Below are positions 44,730-53,731 of a DNA stretch of 64,000 nt, piece by piece (the first letter of the stretch is position 1; every line of letters begins with the position of its first letter). Made by a program: the position numbers and the translations under genes. The notes under the pieces are model-generated. The model worked only from the letters and a program-made list of their open reading frames with translations, did not search any database and was not told the DNA's origin. The DNA comes from Spirochaetota bacterium (GTDB lineage: Bacteria; Spirochaetota; UBA4802; UBA5550), in assembly GCA_041737965.1 (NCBI GenBank), contig JBGSQT010000014.1, positions 5,509 to 69,508 of the forward strand, written 5' to 3'.

Positions 44730-45293
44730 TCAGCTGAAAAGCATGATGGCCGCCGCGATGACCGTGGTCCAGTGGCCTTCCTTGTGGCCTTCGGCCGACT
44801 GTGATATGTTTCTTGTTTTGAATATATGGCCGCTGGTGCGGTATACCTGTTTGCGTTCGTCCCATGCCTGGTTCGGATCGAAGGGGATACCGAGGGTTGA
44901 TGCGAGCATCGTGGCGGCAAGGTCCTCGGCATAATCGCCCGATATTTTGGCGGTCTGTCCGAAAGAATGGTGCTCGGAAAGATACCCGTATGCTTCAACA
45001 TCCTTCGGCATGGCGATCCCGACTGAGGCCGAAACCAGCCTGTTCGGCTCATTGGTCTCGATTCTGGCCATGACGCAGAAGGTGATCTCGCCTGCGTTGA
45101 GATGCTTCAAGCCTTCCTGCTTGGAGATGATTCTGCACTTGGGCGGCAGAATGCTGGATACATAAACAAGGTTGCATTTTTCTATCCCGGCGTTTCGAAG
45201 CGCCAGCTCGAATGATGAAAGCTTGTTTTTATCCACCCCCACCCCTTTGGTGAGGAATAGTTTTTTGGGCACCAGGGGCATCAATTTTTCCAT
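44730..45293 (-). CDS. pdaD: Pyruvoyl-dependent arginine decarboxylase, canonical bacterial type (second copy)
   Basis: [45 protein letters not shown] and [35 protein letters not shown] closely follow the bacterial PdaD consensus as I recall it. The track start at 45326 is a TTG. The first ATG is at 45293 and the next at 45281. Confidence 0.85.
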   Translation of the reverse strand: MEKLMPLVPKKLFLTKGVGVDKNKLSSFELALRNAGIEKCNLVYVSSILPPKCRIISKQEGLKHLNAGEITFCVMARIETNEPNRLVSASVGIAMPKDVEAYGYLSEHHSFGQTAKISGDYAEDLAATMLASTLGIPFDPNQAWDERKQVYRTSGHIFKTRNISQSAEGHKEGHWTTVIAAAIMLFS

Positions 45294-45558
45294 AGCTTTC
45301 ACCGCCTCTTCAGATATGTATGACAAAGAATGTGAAAAAACGTATGTGACAAGGATTTTTTTATAAAGGGGTGATTTTTATTCAGCATACAGCCTCCAAA
45401 TGGGTCTAGCTTGCGCTAAAATATATCAGATTTATAATATATTTATATAAAAATCTTTACATATTTTATCAGCTTGATTGAATAGTTTAACTTTCCTTCG
45501 AGTCTGATAAAGGGGCCGTTTGAGCCGCTTGTATATACGGATTGTCCGGAGGTGTAGT

Positions 45559-47118
45559 ATGATCAATGTTATGAATCGCGATACTATCGGCGATATCACG
45601 CGACGCGCTGCGCTGCGATATCGTGACAAAAAGGCGATTGTGTTCAGGGATCGGGAGCTGACCTTCACGCAACTTGAAGAAGAGTCCTGCAGGTTCGCCA
45701 ACCTTATGCTGAAACTCGGCGTAAAAAAGGGGGACCGGATCGCCATTGACGCCTTCAATTCACATCTGTATCCTATAAGCTTTTTCGGTCTCGCCAAGAT
45801 CGGCGCGATACAGGTCCCGATCAATTTCATGCTTAACGGTGAGGAGATCTCCTATATCATAAACCATTCTCGGGCCAGTGTCCTAATCATTGAAGACTCG
45901 CTTTATCCGGTCATTGAGCCGGTACGCGACCGCTTTACGTCGATAAAAAACTGGGGCTTCATATCTCTCACCGGTACGCCGGCCCCGGCCGGGTTTTTCG
46001 ATCTGGAGTCGGAGATGAAGTCGATGCCGCCAGTGGAGCCCTTCGAGAATGTGGCGGCGGAAGATATCGCCCAGATACCCTACACCAGCGGCACCGAGTC
46101 CAGGCCCAAGGGGGCGATGCTTTCCCACCGAGCCCTGATGTCACAATATCATAGCTGCATTTTCGACGGAGAATACCGGAGCGGCGACATCTCGCTTCAT
46201 GCGCTTCCGCTGTTCCACTGCGCCCAGCTGCACTGTTTCCTGGTGCCCCTTCTCTATGTCGGCGCCGAGAACATAATCCATCACAAAGCGGATCCCGCGG
46301 CAATGATCAGCGACATAGAAAAATACGGCGTGACCCATATGTTCGCGCCTCCCACGGTCTGGATCGGGATTCTCAACCACCCGGAACTGAAAAAGCACGA
46401 TATGAGAACTCTCGTCAAGGCCGCCTACGGAGCCAGCATCATGCCGGTGGAAATAATCTCACAGCTCACCGGCACTTTCGGCGGCCTCAGGCTCTGGAAC
46501 TATTACGGACAGACCGAAATGGGGCCTGTGGCAACGATACTGAAGCCGGAAGACCAGCTGAAAAAGCCCGGTTCCGCGGGAAAGCCGGTACTCAACGTCG
46601 AGACAATGCTCATGGACGACGACGGAACCTTTGTCGGCCCTGATACCGTCGCCGAGATCGTGCATCGTTCCGGTCAGGTGATGACCGGATACCTCGACGA
46701 TCCGGAAAAGACCGCCGAATCCTTCGCCTTCGGCTGGTTTCACAGCGGCGATCTCGGAAGGTTCGATGAGGACGGATACCTCTATGTGGTGGACAGAAAA
46801 AAGGACATGATCAAGACCGGGGGCGAAAACGTCGCCTCCAGGGAAGTTGAAGAGGTGCTTTACCGGCATCCTTCGGTCGAAGAGGCCGCGGTGATCGGCC
46901 TGCCGGACCCGAAATGGATTGAACTGGTCACCGCCGTGGTGGTCCTTAAAAAAGGCGCGATTCTCTCGGAAAAGGACATCATCACCTATGCAAAGGAGCA
47001 CCTGGCCGGGTTCAAGTGTCCCAAACGGGTCGTAATCGCGGAAAAACTGCCTAAAAATCCCTCCGGGAAAATATTAAAGCGCGAGCTCAAACAGTCGCTG
47101 AAGGATGATCTGAACTGA
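45559..47118 (+). CDS. AMP-dependent acyl-CoA synthetase/ligase (ANL superfamily)
   Basis: GGAGGTG lies upstream of the ATG at 45559. The AMP-binding motif is IPYTSGTESRPKGAML. YGQTE, GWFHSGDLGRFDEDGYLYVVDRKKDMIKTGGENV and PSGKILKREL are also present. Confidence 0.9.
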   Translation: MINVMNRDTIGDITRRAALRYRDKKAIVFRDRELTFTQLEEESCRFANLMLKLGVKKGDRIAIDAFNSHLYPISFFGLAKIGAIQVPINFMLNGEEISYIINHSRASVLIIEDSLYPVIEPVRDRFTSIKNWGFISLTGTPAPAGFFDLESEMKSMPPVEPFENVAAEDIAQIPYTSGTESRPKGAMLSHRALMSQYHSCIFDGEYRSGDISLHALPLFHCAQLHCFLVPLLYVGAENIIHHKADPAAMISDIEKYGVTHMFAPPTVWIGILNHPELKKHDMRTLVKAAYGASIMPVEIISQLTGTFGGLRLWNYYGQTEMGPVATILKPEDQLKKPGSAGKPVLNVETMLMDDDGTFVGPDTVAEIVHRSGQVMTGYLDDPEKTAESFAFGWFHSGDLGRFDEDGYLYVVDRKKDMIKTGGENVASREVEEVLYRHPSVEEAAVIGLPDPKWIELVTAVVVLKKGAILSEKDIITYAKEHLAGFKCPKRVVIAEKLPKNPSGKILKRELKQSLKDDLN

Positions 47119-47173
47119 TCCGGATTGCCGTGACAGACTCGCTCCGGTCCGGGATGCGTTCCCGATTCACGCG

Positions 47174-47566
47174 CTAAAACAGGGTGTCGTACAGGAGTCC
47201 CTCACCGCCGGTGATGTGGGCGATGAAGCCGAAGAAATCCTCGTGGGTGATGTTTTTCTTTACGGTTTTTCCGCCGTAATTCGGACTATCGGTGAATTCG
47301 ATCTCCATAATAACGGAGTCTCCTTCGCAGGATATTCCGAAGCGATACGGTGAATTTCTCTCGCGGAGATACGAGTTCGCCAGTTCAACCGATTTGATAA
47401 GGTCCTGGATATTGTCCTTCACTTCTCCCGCGGTCGGTGCGGGTTCATCCGTCGCGGTCGCACGTTCGTCCTGCTTTTCCCTGGCGCCGTTTTTTTCCCT
47501 TTCCCGTTGAAGGATGGAAAGGGTCCCGCTCACCCTCTGGTTTACCGATGCCGTTGCTTCTTCCAT
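47174..47566 (-). CDS. Small protein, possibly FlaG-like
   Basis: AAGGAG lies upstream of the ATG. The C-terminal half (LIKSVELANSYLRERNSPYRFGISCEGDSVIMEIEF...ITHEDFFGFIAHITGGEGLLYD) loosely resembles FlaG. There is no flagellar context in the window. Confidence 0.35.
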   Translation of the reverse strand: MEEATASVNQRVSGTLSILQREREKNGAREKQDERATATDEPAPTAGEVKDNIQDLIKSVELANSYLRERNSPYRFGISCEGDSVIMEIEFTDSPNYGGKTVKKNITHEDFFGFIAHITGGEGLLYDTLF

Positions 47567-47703
47567 ACCGTCTCCTTGCAGTCTCCAATAGGAGTATCGG
47601 TCGGAATGGACGGGAGAATTAGTATATTATGTCGCAATAATTCTCACGCCGGCGTTCCGTACATCATTAAATGAACAGAATCGGATGTGCCCCATGGCCG
47701 GCG

Positions 47704-48426
47704 TTATTTTTTGATGTTCCGGCATTTCGATTTTAGAAATGTATCGAGTTCCTCGTTATTCTGATACTTGAAAATCACCTCGTCCCTGTCGTCGGGATCC
47801 ACCCTGAAAAGCTCTCTCAGGCTGACCTTGCAGCTGTTCCCGTATCCGTCAGAAATCACCGCCGTCCTCCAGAGCTGTGTAATCGGAATCTCTCCGGTGC
47901 GCCAGCCGTAATCGATCAGGATGCTCCCTTTTTCGGGAACCAGCTCCACCCCCCCTGATTTTTTCACCATTTCATCGAAGCGCACCAGGGGGGATGTTCT
48001 CACAATGAAGCCCTCCAGCTCAATCAGCTCACCCGTCTGTTTCGAAAAGACAGCCCTGTGTCCTCCTGGAAGTACCGCGGTTACGGAATCAGAAAGGGAG
48101 TCCTGAAATTCCGGTTCGGCCTTTGTCCTGAAGGGGAGGAGATGAAACATCCTTGAGCCGTCGGCTCTCGGCAGGAGCCCCACGTCATCAGTCCCGATAA
48201 AAACCATAAGCATCGAGTTCGTGTAAAAAGTGTAGCTCCTGTTTCTGTTGCTGTTGGCCCTGTATGTGTCGTAGCTCTGTTGTGCGCAGAAGGATAACAA
48301 TCCGCCTCTGCCCGCCTGAATCGTGATTTCAAGGTTGCCGAGCGTCACCTGCCTGTTTTCGGAGGCATTGAGTCCGGCAATAAGTGTCTCGGTTAAAAGC
48401 ATGAGGCAGATGATCCTGTTTTTCAT
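47704..48426 (-). CDS. Hypothetical secreted protein
   Basis: The signal peptide is MKNRIICLMLLTETLIAGLNASE. No family is recognised. The alternative start is at 48438. Confidence 0.5.
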   Translation of the reverse strand: MKNRIICLMLLTETLIAGLNASENRQVTLGNLEITIQAGRGGLLSFCAQQSYDTYRANSNRNRSYTFYTNSMLMVFIGTDDVGLLPRADGSRMFHLLPFRTKAEPEFQDSLSDSVTAVLPGGHRAVFSKQTGELIELEGFIVRTSPLVRFDEMVKKSGGVELVPEKGSILIDYGWRTGEIPITQLWRTAVISDGYGNSCKVSLRELFRVDPDDRDEVIFKYQNNEELDTFLKSKCRNIKK

Positions 48427-48706
48427 AATACTTTCCATGTATGGAATGTTCACGCACCGCGCAATGAGTTGACATCCGCTGTGCATAATGTCTCAATGGA
48501 ATCGATCATCGCAGCGGAAACATGTATCGTCAACATGATTTTCATGCGCGACTTTGAATTCATTGAGCTACGGGTTCTTAACTGGATGAGTATCCGCGGC
48601 CCTGTTCTCTGCTCAACATGACGGGGCCGGACTTGTTTACCTTATTGACATATTGCTAACTTTTGTATAGTTGTTTTTTCCACAATAAAAGTATACTATT
48701 AAAAAT

Positions 48707-49807
48707 ATGAAATCATTCCCATTCCGTGTATTCAAAACCGGCATCCTCACGCTGATAATGCTGACGCTTTTTTCCATAGTCCAGTCATGCAGCGCTCCAG
48801 AGACTGTCGACCCACAGCCCGAAAAACGCCCCGTCCTCTCTTCGAATCTTCGCAGCGGCAATGTCTATAATCCCAAGTCCGGCATTCGTCCCGTACGCAA
48901 GGTCAGGTTCGGTGAGATATGGGGCTATCTGCTGAAAGGCGAGGAGGGGAGCGTTCGGGGGGACGAGCCATTCACCGACCTCTGTTATTTTTGCGCGTCC
49001 ATCACTTCAGGCGGGAGGATGAGCGGCTCATGCGTGCCGCCGGCGATAGTGTGGAAGGGGAGAGCCGCGCCGAGACTGCATATGGTCGTGGCGATGATAG
49101 GCAACCCGGCCCTGGTCCGTCACAGCATCGATCCCAAGGGACCCGCGAGGGGCGATTTTATAAAGGATATTGTGGAGGCCTCGAAACAGTTCGACGGGGT
49201 GCAGATCGATTTCGAATCTCTTCCCCCCTCGGACGGCCAATCATACCTCGAATTCATCCGGGAGCTCAAGAAACAGCTCGATCCTTCCAAAACACTCAGT
49301 GTCGCCCTCCCGGCGCGGAGAAAAAAACTGGCCGAGGACGCCTACGATTATGCGGTTCTTTCAGAGGCGGCAGACCGGCTGGTGGTGATGGCGTACGACC
49401 AGCACTGGAAGACCAGCCGGCCGGGACCTGTGGCGTCACTCCCCTGGTGCAGGGAGGTGCTGGCCTACTCGAAATCGGCGATCCCCTCTGAAAAGCTTAT
49501 CATGGGGCTTCCCCTGTACGGCAGGGAGTGGCTCGACAACAGCGAACACAGGGCGCTTAAATTCCGTCAGGTGAAGGAGATACTGGAGAAATCGGGGATG
49601 AGCCCCAGCTACAATCGAGAAAAGGGGCTGTATTTCGAATATGAAGGCTCCGTAAAAGGTCAGGTCTATTACGATGATCACAGGACCCTGCTGGAGAAGC
49701 TGTACCTTTACCGTTCCGCCGGCGTACGGGCCGTGTCATTCTGGCGCATCGGCCAGGGGCCGGAGAAACTCTGGCGGTACATCGTCCCCTCGCCGCCGAA
49801 AATCTGA
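48707..49807 (+). CDS. Glycoside hydrolase family 18 lipoprotein (YaaH/YdhD-like, peptidoglycan/chitin-type)
   Basis: The lipobox is IVQSCSA. The catalytic region FDGVQIDFE is the DGxxIDFE variant of DxxDxDxE. MAYDQHW and LPLYGREW are also present. Confidence 0.7.
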   Translation: MKSFPFRVFKTGILTLIMLTLFSIVQSCSAPETVDPQPEKRPVLSSNLRSGNVYNPKSGIRPVRKVRFGEIWGYLLKGEEGSVRGDEPFTDLCYFCASITSGGRMSGSCVPPAIVWKGRAAPRLHMVVAMIGNPALVRHSIDPKGPARGDFIKDIVEASKQFDGVQIDFESLPPSDGQSYLEFIRELKKQLDPSKTLSVALPARRKKLAEDAYDYAVLSEAADRLVVMAYDQHWKTSRPGPVASLPWCREVLAYSKSAIPSEKLIMGLPLYGREWLDNSEHRALKFRQVKEILEKSGMSPSYNREKGLYFEYEGSVKGQVYYDDHRTLLEKLYLYRSAGVRAVSFWRIGQGPEKLWRYIVPSPPKI

Positions 49808-49812
49808 CGCCG

Positions 49813-50307
49813 TCAGGGAACGAGTTTTTTCATGAAGACGATCTTGCCGTCCCCGGGAGCGTAAAAATCCTCAAAATCCGCTGCCGCAATGTATCCGTTC
49901 GCGAGATAGAATTCCCTGGTGGAGCGGTACTGTTCCCGCGACGAGGTGTCGGCATAGATCCTCTCCCCGCCGTTCCTCCGAACCTCGTCCTCTGTCATGG
50001 CCAGAAGAGCTCTCCCGGCTCCCTTTCCCTGAAGATCGCGCCGCACCGCGATCCAATAGAGGTCGTAACTTGACCGGGTGAGCGGTATCACGCCGTAGCA
50101 GGAGTATCCCCTGAGCCCCTCGGGGCCGTCCAGGAAAATGAACCGGTAATCGCCCGCATCGCCCTTATCCAGCGTTTCCTGCACCAGTTCCCTGGCGATG
50201 TCGATTTCGGCGGAATAAAAGAAACCGGTCGCCTCCAGCAGCGCGGTCACCGACTTCAGGTCTTCCGGCACCGGTGCCGTGCGTATTTCTCCGTGTAATT
50301 TTTCCAT
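49813..50307 (-). CDS. GNAT-family N-acetyltransferase (last gene of the kamA operon)
   Basis: 164 aa with the acetyl-CoA motif A region IAVRRDLQGKGAGRALL. It lies 16 nt downstream of the ATP-grasp gene. Confidence 0.8.
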   Translation of the reverse strand: MEKLHGEIRTAPVPEDLKSVTALLEATGFFYSAEIDIARELVQETLDKGDAGDYRFIFLDGPEGLRGYSCYGVIPLTRSSYDLYWIAVRRDLQGKGAGRALLAMTEDEVRRNGGERIYADTSSREQYRSTREFYLANGYIAAADFEDFYAPGDGKIVFMKKLVP

Positions 50308-50323
50308 AATCGAGCCCTTTCCC

Positions 50324-51289
50324 TTACCGGCATTCCACTATGCGCCGTATCACCCGGTCGTAATCAATCCCCGCCCGCGCCGCCGCGGCGATAAATCCGG
50401 CGTCCGACGAGAGGCAGGGGTTCGCGTTTATCTCCAGTATCCAGGGCGTGCCGTTGTCGTCGACCCGGAAATCGACCCTTGCGTATCCCCGGAGCCCGAA
50501 TTCCCGCCAGCACCGCAGCGAGAGGTCGCGGAGGGTCTCCAGCAGCGGGCCGTCTCCGGGCGGGAAATCGAACGAACGCGCCGTGTTCCGGTATTCCGGG
50601 GCATCCTGGTCCCACTTGGCCCGGTAGTCGACGATTTTCGGTTTACCCGCATGGTAGCCGACAAACCGGATCTCCGCCGGGGGGAGCACTTCGGGCCCGG
50701 AAGGCCCGCAGATAAGGGATATGTTGAATTCCCGTCCGTCTATGTACTTTTCCGCAAAGCATTCTGATCCGAACCTTCCGGAAAAATTTTCGTGCCAATT
50801 GGTTGCGCCGGATTCGATCGGTATCACCGAACACTCGTCGATGCCGGCGGAACCGTGCTCCCAGTTCGACTTCACCAGATAGAGGCCGCTTTCAGGCGCC
50901 GGCTCTCCGAACGCCGCAAAGGCGGGCGTGGGGAGGCCGGCCCGCCGCATTTCCCCTTTCGCCGACATCTTGTCGGTGGTCCTGGCAATGGCCCGCCAGG
51001 GCGATCCGGTAAAGGGGATGTTCGCCGATTCCAGGAGCGCAGGCGCCAGGTGGAGCAGGCGGTCGTGCCCCTCCAGCGATTCCACGAGGTTGAACACCAT
51101 CCACGGGCCGGCCGCCTGCAGTTCCCGCAAAGTCTTTCCGAGATCCAGCGTCATCGCCAGCGGAAGCGACTCGTACCCGATTCTGCCGAGCGATCCGGCG
51201 ATTTCGTCGCGCTGGACAAGCGTGTCCCGGTCGTCGCCGGCGGCGTCCTCAGGGATGAAGGGATACAGCAGTGCCACGGTCTTTTTCAT
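50324..51289 (-). CDS. D-Ala-D-Ala-ligase-like ATP-grasp enzyme (copy 2 in operon order)
   Basis: 321 aa. IPFTGS, DKMSAKGEMRRAGLPTPAF, YIDGREF and the C-terminal GYARVDFRVDDNGTPWILEINANPCLS are typical of the Ddl-family ATP-grasp. Confidence 0.8.
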   Translation of the reverse strand: MKKTVALLYPFIPEDAAGDDRDTLVQRDEIAGSLGRIGYESLPLAMTLDLGKTLRELQAAGPWMVFNLVESLEGHDRLLHLAPALLESANIPFTGSPWRAIARTTDKMSAKGEMRRAGLPTPAFAAFGEPAPESGLYLVKSNWEHGSAGIDECSVIPIESGATNWHENFSGRFGSECFAEKYIDGREFNISLICGPSGPEVLPPAEIRFVGYHAGKPKIVDYRAKWDQDAPEYRNTARSFDFPPGDGPLLETLRDLSLRCWREFGLRGYARVDFRVDDNGTPWILEINANPCLSSDAGFIAAAARAGIDYDRVIRRIVECR

Positions 51290-51298
51290 CGGGGTGGA

Positions 51299-52309
51299 TC
51301 AGGCTTCCGCGAGCCGCGCCGGTGCGGAGGCGGTCAGGCCGTGCCGGGCCAGGGCGGATTTCATTATATCGGCGATCAGGCTCCTGTAGGTGATGCCGCG
51401 CGAGGTGCAGATGATCGGAAGGTCCGAGTGCTCCGGGTGCAGGCCGGCCAGGGGATTGATCTCGATAAACGAAGGCCTCCCGGAGGCGTCGCACCGCAGG
51501 TCCACCCTGCCGGCGTCGAGGCATCCAAGTCCCCGCCACGACGCGATGGCTATCTCCTCCGCCTCCCGGGACGCGTCGTCGTCGATTTTTTGATACTTCA
51601 CCAGCTCCTCGCAGTTCTCCTTGTTCGCGTAGGAATAGGCGAGCCGCTCCGCACCCTTCAGCAGTATGATCTCCACCGTCCCGGCGACCCTGGCATCGTC
51701 CCCGCTTCCGATTATGCCCACGGTGAATTCCCGGCCCGGGAGATATTCCTCCACCAGCACCGGCTGTCGATACTGCGCCAGAAGGCGGCGGCACAGGCCA
51801 TCCAGCTCTTCGGGGCTGCCGATAAAGGAGGATGGAGAAATCCCCTTGCCGGTGCCTTCTGAATAGGGTTTTGCGAAGAGGGGAAAAGAAATCGCGACAT
51901 TTTTGACATCCTCGGGACGTCGCACGAGAAAAAAGTCCGGCGTCGGCAGGCCGAGGTCCCGGATTACGCGCTTGGTCATCGCCTTGTGCAGACATAGGGA
52001 GAGAACGCAGGGATCGGAAAAAGTATAGGGGATCTCGTAGGCGTCCAGCAGCGCCGGAACCTGGGCCTCCCTTCCGATGCCGCGCAGCCCCTCGGCGATA
52101 TTGAAGACGATGTCCCACCGCCTCCCCCGCGTCAGTAGGTCCGCGAGGCTCCGTATGTGCCCGATCCGCTCGGTGGCGAATCCAAGGTCCCGGAGCGTCG
52201 AGTCGATGGCGTCGATGGTGGCGACGGAATCGAACTCTGCGATATCCTCCTCGGAATATCCCTCGGCCCGGTACTGGTCCCTCAGGTCATAGGTGATTCC
52301 GACAAGCAT
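51299..52309 (-). CDS. D-Ala-D-Ala-ligase-like ATP-grasp enzyme (copy 1 in operon order)
   Basis: The real start is the ATG at 52309 (MLVGITYDLRDQYRAEGYSEEDIAEFD...), which overlaps the kamA stop as ATGA. IPYTFSD, HKAMTKRVIRDLGLPTPDF, YLPGREFTVG and GRVDLRCDASGRPSFIEINPLAGL are present. The track ORF extends upstream into non-coding-looking RG-rich sequence. Confidence 0.8.
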   Translation of the reverse strand: MLVGITYDLRDQYRAEGYSEEDIAEFDSVATIDAIDSTLRDLGFATERIGHIRSLADLLTRGRRWDIVFNIAEGLRGIGREAQVPALLDAYEIPYTFSDPCVLSLCLHKAMTKRVIRDLGLPTPDFFLVRRPEDVKNVAISFPLFAKPYSEGTGKGISPSSFIGSPEELDGLCRRLLAQYRQPVLVEEYLPGREFTVGIIGSGDDARVAGTVEIILLKGAERLAYSYANKENCEELVKYQKIDDDASREAEEIAIASWRGLGCLDAGRVDLRCDASGRPSFIEINPLAGLHPEHSDLPIICTSRGITYRSLIADIMKSALARHGLTASAPARLAEA

Positions 52310-53667
52310 CAGCCCCGGGCCGCCGTGTCCGGATAATCGAATCGTCCTCCCTGGTAGTTCCGGAGCACCACCGCGTCGCCGTCGCGGCCCTGATAATAAT
52401 CCGGAATAAGCGGTATTTTGCCCCCGCCCCCCGGCGCGTCGATGACGTAGTGGGGGACCGCGAAACCGGTGGTGTGCCCTCTGAGCCCCTCGATGATCTG
52501 CAGCCCCCTGGATACCGGGGTCCTGAAATGGGACGAGCCGCTGATGGGATCGCACTGGTACAGGTAATAGGGGCGAACCCGGCAGGTGAGCAGGCGCTGA
52601 TAGAGCTCCTTCATCACCGTTACGTCGTCATTGATCCCTTTAAGGAGCACGGTCTGGCTTCCCAGCGGAATGCCGGCGTTGGCGAGCCTGGTGCAGGCGG
52701 TGTGCGTTTCCGGGGTGATCTCCTCCGGATGAGTAAAATGGATGTTCATCCAGAGGGGATGGTATTTTTTCAGCATATTCGTGAGCTTCATGGTGATCCG
52801 CTGGGGCAGCACCGCAGGGACTTTCGTGCCGATTCTTATGATTTCGACGTGGGGGATTCTCCTGATCCTGGCCAGGAGCCATTCCAGCGCCGCGTCAGGC
52901 AGAGTGAGCGGGTCTCCTCCCGAGATCAGCACATCCCTTATTGTGGGGGTCGCTTCGATGTAGGCGGCGCCGGCCTCCCAACGGGCCCTGGATGTCTGGC
53001 GGTCCGCCGACCGCCCCACCATCCTTGACCTGGTGCAGTACCTGCAGTTTGTCGAGCAGAAGTCGGTGGCCATGAACAGCACCCTGTCCGGATAGCGGTG
53101 CACGAGGCCGGGAACGGGGCTGTCATTGTCCTCATGAAGCGGATCGTCTGATTCGCCGTCGGACCGGTACAGTTCGTTCACCACCGGGACCACGCTTCTC
53201 CGCAGGGGGTGCCCCGGGTCCTTCGCCTTCAGCAGGCTGGCATAGTACGGTGTTATGGAAAGGGGGAGGGACCCGTTGGCGTAGGTGAGCGCCTGCACCT
53301 CCTCCTCCGAAAGCTTGAGAAACCTCGCGAGCTGTTCGGCGGTGCAAATTCTGTTCTGGAGCTGCCATCGCCAGTCGTTCCACTGGGCAGTTGACGCATT
53401 GGGATAATAGAGTTTCCTGAAGGTGCGGGTTTTCAAAGATGACGAGTGCTTGTGAATCGGGACAGGTCGGTCGGTAAATGAGGCGTTGTTGTACAGAGAC
53501 GGAAACAATTGCGGAAAAAGCGTATTTTCCGAAAGGCCCGCTGAAGGGGGAGGCTCCTCCGTATCGCCCTCTTCGAGCTCTTCGGGAGAGAATAAAAGCA
53601 TGCTGGGAGGCTCCTGGGATTCCTCCATAACCGACTGCTCTGCTGAAAGTGAAGCGTTTTTTTCCAT
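52309..53667 (-). CDS. kamA: Lysine 2,3-aminomutase-family radical SAM/PLP enzyme (KamA/AblA-like) with an N-terminal extension
   Basis: QWNDWRWQLQNRI, the radical SAM cluster CSTNCRYCTRS, ISGGDPL, YLYQCDPISGSSHFRT and VIDAPGGGGKIP are present. About 95 acidic/Pro-rich residues precede the conserved core. GAGGT lies upstream of the ATG at 53667. Confidence 0.85.
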   Translation of the reverse strand: MEKNASLSAEQSVMEESQEPPSMLLFSPEELEEGDTEEPPPSAGLSENTLFPQLFPSLYNNASFTDRPVPIHKHSSSLKTRTFRKLYYPNASTAQWNDWRWQLQNRICTAEQLARFLKLSEEEVQALTYANGSLPLSITPYYASLLKAKDPGHPLRRSVVPVVNELYRSDGESDDPLHEDNDSPVPGLVHRYPDRVLFMATDFCSTNCRYCTRSRMVGRSADRQTSRARWEAGAAYIEATPTIRDVLISGGDPLTLPDAALEWLLARIRRIPHVEIIRIGTKVPAVLPQRITMKLTNMLKKYHPLWMNIHFTHPEEITPETHTACTRLANAGIPLGSQTVLLKGINDDVTVMKELYQRLLTCRVRPYYLYQCDPISGSSHFRTPVSRGLQIIEGLRGHTTGFAVPHYVIDAPGGGGKIPLIPDYYQGRDGDAVVLRNYQGGRFDYPDTAARG

Positions 53668-53731
53668 CCTAATTTACCTCACGGTACTTGTGTTCGCATC
53701 TTCGGGATGCCTGCTAAAAAAAGCTGATAAT

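Noticed and set aside
52309-53667. EpmB (EF-P beta-lysylation) assignment for the KamA-like gene.
   Set aside because: There is no efp or epmA in the window. The protein is about 100 aa longer than typical EpmB and is translationally coupled to ATP-grasp ligases. Phylogeny is still needed to exclude this assignment formally.
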